From the NCBI GenBank assembly GCA_005191425.1, contig SUPR01000175.1, forward strand, positions 1 through 5,032: a stretch of DNA of 5,032 nucleotides, given 5' to 3'. Below the pieces are notes generated by a model. That model ran no database searches. It was not told where the DNA came from and was given only the letters and a program-made list of their open reading frames with translations. How positions within the stretch are numbered: position 1 is the first letter of the stretch; the number at the start of each line of letters is the position of its first letter. The stretch is from Candidatus Helarchaeota ASGARD archaeon Hel_GB_B (lineage in GTDB: Archaea > Asgardarchaeota > Lokiarchaeia > Helarchaeales > HEL-GB-B). Made by a program: the position numbers and the translations under genes. Shown one piece after another: positions 1 through 5,032 of the stretch.

Positions 1-768
1 ACCAAATGCTAAACAAACCCTTCCTAAATTCTTTTTATGATCTATTTGTTTATACAAATCATAAGCTTTTTTTAGAAATTCAATAGCACCCTCATCCTTT
101 GTCGCATCTAATAAGATACTCAAATACATCGAAAGAAGTGCAGCATCCTCAATATCATTTTTATCAAGTCTTTTTCTATACATTTCTCGAAGATCTGTTA
201 TTATTTTGTTAATATCTATCTTTTCTGCCTCTTCATCAAACATAGATGTAGCACTATAAATAAAATATTGATTGATTATACATAACCATTCAACACGTGA
301 ATTGTTAGATATAGAACTTTCTTTCATTAAACTTTTAGCTTTATTAAAATATTCATCCGCCTTATCAAAATCACCCCTCTCGATATACAACTCTCCTAAT
401 CTCTCATACTGATCTCCAATTAACTTTTTGAAACTATCCTTCGCTAATTCATTGATATCTTTGTCTAACTCTTGGAGTGACTGTTTCAATTTATTATCTT
501 TAATTTTACTTGCAGTCTTTACTTTCTTTTTACGACCTTTTAAAATATACTTTTTCTGAAAATTTGTAGCTTCTTTTAACCATTTTAAAGAATTATCAAT
601 ATCACTCTTTATAAAATAAATATCCATGATATTCCTTAAAATATTCCGCACTTCTTTTATATTATTTAATTTCTTATTAATATTATAGGATTTTGTAAAA
701 TACTCTAATGCCTTGTTGTATTTAACCTTTTTTAAAAAATCTTCCGCTAATTCATAATTTTCATCCAT
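1..768 (-). CDS. Tetratricopeptide-repeat (TPR) protein, 5' part (256 codons; C-terminus runs off the left edge of the window)
   Basis: Translated by hand; not in the ORF track because it has no stop inside the window. ATG at 768, upstream in-frame TAA at 796-798, open to position 1: MDENYELAEDFLKKVKYNKALEYFTKSYNI...GDQYERLGELYIERGDFDKADEYFNKAKSL...EGAIEFLKKAYDLYKQIDHKKNLGRVCLAFG. Several segments match the TPR consensus (LG..Y...GD...A..YF.KA). Confidence 0.88.
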   Translation of the reverse strand, partial: MDENYELAEDFLKKVKYNKALEYFTKSYNINKKLNNIKEVRNILRNIMDIYFIKSDIDNSLKWLKEATNFQKKYILKGRKKKVKTASKIKDNKLKQSLQELDKDINELAKDSFKKLIGDQYERLGELYIERGDFDKADEYFNKAKSLMKESSISNNSRVEWLCIINQYFIYSATSMFDEEAEKIDINKIITDLREMYRKRLDKNDIEDAALLSMYLSILLDATKDEGAIEFLKKAYDLYKQIDHKKNLGRVCLAFG

Positions 769-830
769 GTGTATATATTGAATTTTTACATTATTTTAAT
801 TTTTTGATCTATTTTTCCGATTCTATAAGT

Positions 831-990
831 TTTTACAAGAACTTTTGCCCGACAAAAATATTTAAATGATTTTATTTAGTTCTCTTTTCATTAAAATCTG
901 AAAAAATTTTTGTATTCATAGCTACTTTTTCTTATTTAAACATAATATATGGTGATTTTAAAAATGCAGTCTGAATCAGAATATCATTAT
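831..990 (+). repeat. Copy A of a ~160-bp diverged direct repeat (partner 4874-5032); probable left end of the IS remnant, including the transposase start
   Basis: Hand alignment to 4874-5032 with one gap gives 117/160 identities. The core 831-867 is 34/37 identical and contains an 18-bp perfect match, TTTGCCCGACAAAAATAT (844-861 = 4887-4904). A second well-conserved block, 931-970, is 33/40 identical. Similarity stops left of about 828-831. Confidence 0.85.
859..866 (-). promoter_or_regulatory. Candidate archaeal TATA box (TTTAAATA) for the TPR gene
   Basis: The minus strand reads AAAATCA-TTTAAATA, matching the TTTAWATA consensus with an A-rich BRE-like upstream stretch, about 90 bp upstream of ATG 768. 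The equivalent position in repeat copy B is also a TATA match. Such 8-mers are common in DNA this AT-rich. Confidence 0.4.
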
Positions 991-1773
991 AATTTAGAAT
1001 ATGAAGTGAATGGAATTATAGCATCTTTGGAAACCCCATTTTATATCCAAACTTTCCTTATAATTGTGATTCACACAATATTAAACGAGATGAATAGGAT
1101 ACTTCTGTACGATGCCATACTCAAAAATATACCTGTAAAAATTGTCACAAAACTTTTTATGCATATACCAGTGCTTTTTTCAAAAATCTAATTCCATTGA
1201 TTGGACACACTCTTAATAAATTCTTTAATAATAGGACTATCAATTTAAAATATATTAGTAAATTTTTTAATTGTTCTAATTCATATGCATCCACTATTAT
1301 AAAAGAAATAATAAAGGATGTCAGTGATTCAATTGAAGTAAAGTTTGCATATGGTTCACCCATTTCTAGTGATATTCTTTTAGTCGATGAGCCTTTTATT
1401 AAAATTAATAGACGTATTTAGTATCTCGTGGTGGCTTTAAACGAAGATAAACGTGTCATGGCCTGGGATTTAGTTAAAAATAGAGATTCTAAGACTATAT
1501 CACGGATACTAAAAGGGGCCATTTCAAGGATGTTTGATTATCCTAAAATAATAGTTATAGATGATTTTTCTACCTATAAAAAGGCTGTTAGACTACTGAA
1601 ATATAATTTGATAGATATTACATATACACAAGCCACTAAAAGGAAGTATCATAATAGATATTCACAAATATGAGAATGATAGATTAATAGTTACCGGTGT
1701 GGCTATTCTTAATGATATTTCTAAGTTTGAAAAAACATTTATAACAAGAATATCAAAAAATAAAGTCTGTTGA
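949..1773 (+). pseudogene. DDE transposase pseudogene with N-terminal Zn-ribbon (IS6/IS240-like, DDE_Tnp_IS240-type core)
   Basis: Reconstructed path: frame +1 start (ATG 949 or 964), a shift to frame +3 near 1005-1060 (NCDSHNIKRDE*DTSVRCHTQKYTCKNCHKTF, Zn-ribbon; TAG 1095-1097), an HTH-like helix region, then LLVDEPFIKINRRI*YLVVAL (first Asp 1386-1388; TAG 1419-1421), AWDLVKNRD, and PKIIVIDDFSTYKKA (second Asp 1560-1562). A shift to frame +1 near 1615-1625 gives HIHKPLKGSIIIDIHKYENDRLIVTGV, ending at TGA 1771-1773. VDE.FIK...YL..A, RD and P..I..D....Y..A are IS6-type hallmarks; no catalytic Glu segment is seen. Confidence 0.82.
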
Positions 1774-1786
1774 TTTACTTTTTCGA

Positions 1787-2842
1787 TTAATATAATTCCT
1801 CGATATTTTTAAGTAGTAAATCAGCTAATTTTTCGAATGCGACGTTAATATTTTCTCCTGTCAGGGCTGATGTTTCTAGGTAATTAATTTTAAGTGATTT
1901 ACTTAATTTATTTATATTATTTTTAGTAATATTTCTCTCATTTTTCAAGTCGCATTTATTTGCAAGTATCAATGCGATAATATTATCCCCCAAATACTTT
2001 TTAATATCAGCGACCCACTTTTCGATATTTTTAAATGAATCAATTCTGGTCAAATCAAAAACGAAAAAAACGCCATTGGCACCGTCATAGTAATATTTTC
2101 GCATTACTTTAAATTTATTTTGCCCACCGATATCCCAAATAATAAATCTAAAGAAATTACCTTTATAGACAAATTTTTTTTCAGTAATATTAACTCCTAG
2201 AGTTGGTATATATGTCCTTCTAAATGCTTGATTTGTATATCTTAATACTATTGAAGTTTTACCCGCCCCTGGATCACCCAGAAAAATTATTTTAAATTTG
2301 TATTCACCCAGGACATTTTCAAATTTTGAGATTTCTGGAAATTCTTCAGCTCCACTTAATAAAATTTCTTCATCTCTTAATTCTTTTAATGTTTGAATGA
2401 GTTCTATTTGCAAATTTTTAATTACGGTTTTAATTTTCTCGATATTTTCTTTTTTTTCTTCCAAATCTTTTATTTTATCAGCAGAATTAGAAATTATTTT
2501 TTGAAAATTTTTAATATATTTATAAAAAATCACATCATCTTCTTCATTAAAAATAATGGAAAGAGATGCTTCGGAATATCCACCTCTTTTTGTCGGGTCA
2601 TCAATGGAGATTCTTCTCGAAATACTCAACATATTCAATTCATTTAAGGGGAAAACACCAAAACTTTTTGTTTTATCATTAGAGAATTTAGATAATGATA
2701 ATATAGTTTTTATACTATATTTTTGGATAATTTCATTTGAAAGATCCGATGGTACCCAAGCTTTAGGAATTGGGCCTAATTTTTCATCAAAAATTGAGTA
2801 AATTATTCCTTTGATTATATCTTTAATTTGTCTGTTATTCAT
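1787..2842 (-). CDS. Rab-like small GTPase with an N-terminal longin/uDENN-like domain (Asgard-type fusion, 351 aa from ATG 2842)
   Basis: C-terminal Ras-superfamily domain: G1 GDPGAGKTS, G2 YIPTLGV, G3 WDIGGQ, G4 NKCD, G5 ETSAL. Rab-family-like motifs: LGVNI, RFIIW, KFKVMR, YYDGA, FVFDLT. No C-terminal cysteine. The ~160-aa N-terminal domain has IIYSIFDEKLGPIPKAWVP and DDPTKRGG..ASLSIIF, typical of longin/uDENN folds. The ORF track begins at TTG 2854; ATG 2842 is the more likely start. Confidence 0.93.
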   Translation of the reverse strand: MNNRQIKDIIKGIIYSIFDEKLGPIPKAWVPSDLSNEIIQKYSIKTILSLSKFSNDKTKSFGVFPLNELNMLSISRRISIDDPTKRGGYSEASLSIIFNEEDDVIFYKYIKNFQKIISNSADKIKDLEEKKENIEKIKTVIKNLQIELIQTLKELRDEEILLSGAEEFPEISKFENVLGEYKFKIIFLGDPGAGKTSIVLRYTNQAFRRTYIPTLGVNITEKKFVYKGNFFRFIIWDIGGQNKFKVMRKYYYDGANGVFFVFDLTRIDSFKNIEKWVADIKKYLGDNIIALILANKCDLKNERNITKNNINKLSKSLKINYLETSALTGENINVAFEKLADLLLKNIEELY

Positions 2843-3590
2843 ATATATACACAAGAATTAATAATAATTCCAAGATTTATATTATAAATTTAAATTTTCC
2901 TTTTTCTATAAATTAATTTAATTTAGCCATTAATTAAATAAATTATTTTTAAATATAAATGATCCTTATGAACAGATGTTCTCTGCCAATTTATTATTAT
3001 TTTGTTTAATTATAATACATATAATTTTAATTTTTTTAACATAAGAAATAACATTTTTAGTAATTTTTTTAATTTTTTAGATTAAATTTCTTCAGAATTG
3101 TTAATACTTATACAATTATTCGTTATTTTAAAATTGGAATTATTTAATTGTATTATTATTAATTTTGTTATTTGTACTTTATCTTTATAATTTATTCTGT
3201 TTTAAAATTTTGGAATAAAGATTTAATAATTTTCTAAGATATTGCAAAATATAAAATAATTGAATAAATAACTGGCAGAATTTTAGAAATAATTGATAAT
3301 AATCTTATTTATAAGGAAAAAAGAGGGTTTAAGGGGCAATAAAGGCATTTCTTATTACAATATTTGTTAGATATTTTTATTTTGATTTTTTAAATAAATT
3401 AGATTTTAAAATTTAATTGACTTTCATGAATGTTTTTTAAATTATATTAAAAAGAGGAAATTGTGAATAAAAATAATATAAAGTGTTGTTATTTGGCAAT
3501 TATAAAGATTAAAATAATATGGTTTTCATAATTAAATTTTCATCTATATTTTTTTATTTAACAATATATTGTGAGTATATTCAAATTAAA

Positions 3591-4823
3591 TTAATTATAT
3601 GAATTTTCGGTTAATATATTCAAAAATAATTCAGTCAGGTCAATCATTTTTAAATTTATTCCCAGATGGTCGATAGAATCATTCAAATTTCTATGGCAGA
3701 ATGGGCATGTAGAAACTAGAACATCAATTTCCATTTCTTTTGCTTCGTATATTCTGTTATTTGCCATTTCTAATGCTAATTCTGGGAATGCTTTTTTAAC
3801 ACCTCCACCAGCGCCGCAGCACAACGCATTTTCTCTAGAGCGCTTCATTTCCTTAAAATCTGAAATTGCGTTTAAAACATTTCTAGGTGGTTCATAAAAA
3901 TTACAATGTCTTCCAAGATGACATGGGTCGTGATAAGTTGTTTTTAAATTTAATTTTTTTTGTGGAAGTTTTTTATTTTTTATATAATCGCTAATAATTT
4001 CGGAGCTGTGATATATTTTAATATCTGATAGATCTTTATGGTAATCTTTTAAAAATGTCCTATAGCACCCAGCACAACTGGTTATGATTTTTTTAATTCC
4101 TAATCTTTTAAATTGCTCGATATTTTCTTGTTTAACTTGGTTAAATACTTTTAGATCTCCTGTTCGCTTTGCAACGCTACCGCAACATATTTCATTTTCG
4201 CCAAGAATTCCGAAATCAATTTCCAATTTTTGTAGAACTTGTGCTGTTGCTTTTGCAATATTTTGAGTTTTTAAACTTAATGCCGATGTACACCCTACAT
4301 AATATAAATATTCAACAGGTTCTTTGGATGCGTCTTTAATTTTAAAATCTAAATCTTTAGTCCATTCAAGTTTGGCGTGAGGCTCTCGATTATATGGATT
4401 TTTTAATTTTTGTAAAGCTTTATTCATTTCTTTATGCTCTTCTAAAGCGAACCCAGCTTCTACCAAGTCTGCTCGAAGTGATTCATATACTTTAACATTT
4501 TCCATCCATCTATGTGTAGGAAAATCGATATTTTGGTTATATGAATTATGACAGAATTCTTCACAAGCTCCACAAGTTGTACATTGGAAAAAGATATTTG
4601 CTAGATCTTGAGATAAATTTAATTCACCCCATAATAACCCTTTTAAGATAGTATTTTTTCCTCTTGAAAAATATGGTTCAAATTTTGGGGTATATTCTGT
4701 ATTATAGACGGGACAGACTCCAATTATATTTTTAGAAGGCCAAATTGGATTTCTACATTGTCCACAAGATACGCAGCTAAGAGCTGCTCCCTGCATTTTT
4801 TTTAAATTTTTTAATGATTCCAT
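3591..4823 (-). CDS. (Fe-S)-binding oxidoreductase subunit, GlpC/GlcF/HdrD-like: 2x[4Fe-4S] ferredoxin domain plus two CCG (cysteine-rich) domains
   Basis: C17xxC20xxC23-x13-C37P and C81xxC84xxC87xxxC91; CCG1 C178-x34-C213C214-x35-C250xxC253; CCG2 YHDPC301-x33-C335C336GAGGG-x-C373xxC376. Both CCG motifs keep all five Cys. ATG start with a Shine-Dalgarno sequence. The substrate cannot be assigned from sequence. Confidence 0.93.
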   Translation of the reverse strand: MESLKNLKKMQGAALSCVSCGQCRNPIWPSKNIIGVCPVYNTEYTPKFEPYFSRGKNTILKGLLWGELNLSQDLANIFFQCTTCGACEEFCHNSYNQNIDFPTHRWMENVKVYESLRADLVEAGFALEEHKEMNKALQKLKNPYNREPHAKLEWTKDLDFKIKDASKEPVEYLYYVGCTSALSLKTQNIAKATAQVLQKLEIDFGILGENEICCGSVAKRTGDLKVFNQVKQENIEQFKRLGIKKIITSCAGCYRTFLKDYHKDLSDIKIYHSSEIISDYIKNKKLPQKKLNLKTTYHDPCHLGRHCNFYEPPRNVLNAISDFKEMKRSRENALCCGAGGGVKKAFPELALEMANNRIYEAKEMEIDVLVSTCPFCHRNLNDSIDHLGINLKMIDLTELFLNILTENSYN

Positions 4824-4829
4824 AAAATT

Positions 4830-4834
4830 ACCTC
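4830..4834 (-). promoter_or_regulatory. Shine-Dalgarno sequence (GAGGT) of the Fe-S/CCG gene
   Basis: The minus strand reads TTGAGGTAATTTTATG: GAGGT lies 6 nt upstream of ATG 4823. Confidence 0.75.
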
Positions 4835-4901
4835 AATAATAATTTGCAAAATGAAATTTATTAGGACACGAGATTTTACAAAAACCTTTGCCCGACAAAA
4901 A

Positions 4902-4909
4902 TATATAAA
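4902..4909 (-). promoter_or_regulatory. Candidate archaeal TATA box (TTTATATA) for the Fe-S/CCG gene
   Basis: Consensus match about 80 bp upstream of ATG 4823, at the position equivalent to 859-866. An alternative TTATATAT with a purine-rich BRE-like run lies at 4913-4928. Confidence 0.45.
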
Positions 4910-4993
4910 TAAATATATAATTTTTTTTCTCCGACTAAATTAGAAAAGATTTTTTTATATCAAACTATTATTTTTATTTAATCATAATATGAG

Positions 4994-5032
4994 ATGATTT
5001 TAAAAATGTATTATAAATATAAATATTATTAT
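4994..5032 (+). pseudogene. Possible 5' start of a second, more decayed transposase copy (MILKMYYKYKYYY..., truncated by the window)
   Basis: Collinear and in frame with the first 13 codons after 952 of the transposase region; most differences are G/C in copy A versus A/T in copy B. Only 39 bp are visible. Confidence 0.4.

Larger units (their letters stand above)
831..1773 (+). mobile_element. Degenerate insertion sequence remnant (IS6/IS1-like DDE type); left end present, right end not found
   Basis: A broken DDE transposase is preceded by ~120 bp of non-coding sequence that recurs at 4874-5032. No right-hand inverted repeat or target-site duplication is visible near 1773-1787. Boundaries are approximate. 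Confidence 0.65.
4874..5032 (+). repeat. Copy B of the ~160-bp diverged direct repeat (partner 831-990); probable second IS left end, running off the right edge
   Basis: Same alignment as copy A (offset 4043, then 4042). It ends in ATG ATT TTA AAA ATG TAT TAT AAA TAT AAA TAT TAT TAT (4994-5032), collinear with GTG ATT TTA AAA ATG CAG TCT GAA TCA GAA TAT CAT TAT (952-990). Confidence 0.82.

Noticed and set aside
949-1191. Track ORF of 80 aa (+) as an independent gene
   Set aside because: Only its first ~20-35 codons are plausibly real (the transposase start); beyond that the Zn-ribbon signal is in frame +3.
1157-1363. Track ORF of 68 aa (-)
   Set aside because: Antisense shadow of the transposase pseudogene; no recognisable motif.
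1095-1421. Both in-frame stops of the transposase are TAG, suggesting amber/pyrrolysine readthrough
   Set aside because: The gene also has two frameshifts and a truncation; each TAG is one substitution from a Tyr or Trp codon expected there, so ordinary decay explains it.
1787-1830. C-terminal prenylation or CAAX signal on the Rab-like protein
   Set aside because: The protein ends ...LLLKNIEELY with no Cys and no hypervariable tail.
2588-2597. TTTTGTCGGG, an inverted partial match to the repeat core, as a possible right-hand inverted repeat of the IS
   Set aside because: It lies inside the intact GTPase gene, encoding the D-P-T-K motif; the match is short and does not extend.
2393-2801. Track ORFs 2393-2647 and 2556-2801 (+)
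   Set aside because: Antisense to the well-supported GTPase gene; the F/I/L-rich composition is what the reverse strand of a Lys/Glu-rich gene produces.
768-2853. TGTGTATATAT occurs next to the TPR start (768-778) and, inverted, next to the GTPase start (2843-2853)
   Set aside because: Low-complexity AT-dinucleotide sequence in opposite orientation relative to the two genes; likely coincidence.
3561-3572. Perfect 12-bp palindrome ACAATATATTGT just downstream of the Fe-S gene stop
   Set aside because: Almost all A/T, so weak as a hairpin and expected by chance at 15% GC; not called as a terminator.
4084-4266. Track ORF of 60 aa (+)
   Set aside because: Antisense shadow inside the Fe-S/CCG gene.
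4926-4938. TTTCTCCGACTAA as a second, weaker copy of the palindromic site 39 bp from the first
   Set aside because: Three mismatches in 13 bp and not present at the equivalent position of copy A.
1-5032. CRISPR array, tRNA or rRNA
   Set aside because: No regularly spaced repeats and no GC-rich structured segment compatible with a stable RNA was seen.

Overview
Very AT-rich window, probably from an Asgard archaeon (Lokiarchaeia/Promethearchaeota-like); this is inferred from an unprenylated Rab-like GTPase with a DIGGQ G3 motif fused to a longin-type domain, and from archaeal TATA boxes. There are three minus-strand genes: a TPR protein running off the left edge (1-768, absent from the ORF track), a longin/uDENN-Rab GTPase fusion (1787-2842) and a 2x[4Fe-4S] + 2xCCG oxidoreductase subunit (3591-4823). 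A decayed plus-strand IS6/IS1-like DDE transposase (about 949-1773) has a real reading frame that differs from the ORF track. A ~160-bp diverged direct repeat (831-990 vs 4874-5032, 117/160 identical by hand alignment) looks like two copies of this element's left end; its 37-bp best-conserved core holds an outward-facing TATA box just upstream of both the TPR and Fe-S genes. The strongest lead is the GTPase N-terminal domain, which carries FDxxLGP and DxxxRG motifs matching the arginine-finger longin domains of the eukaryotic GAPs FLCN, SMCR8 and NPRL2, suggesting a GTPase with a built-in GAP.
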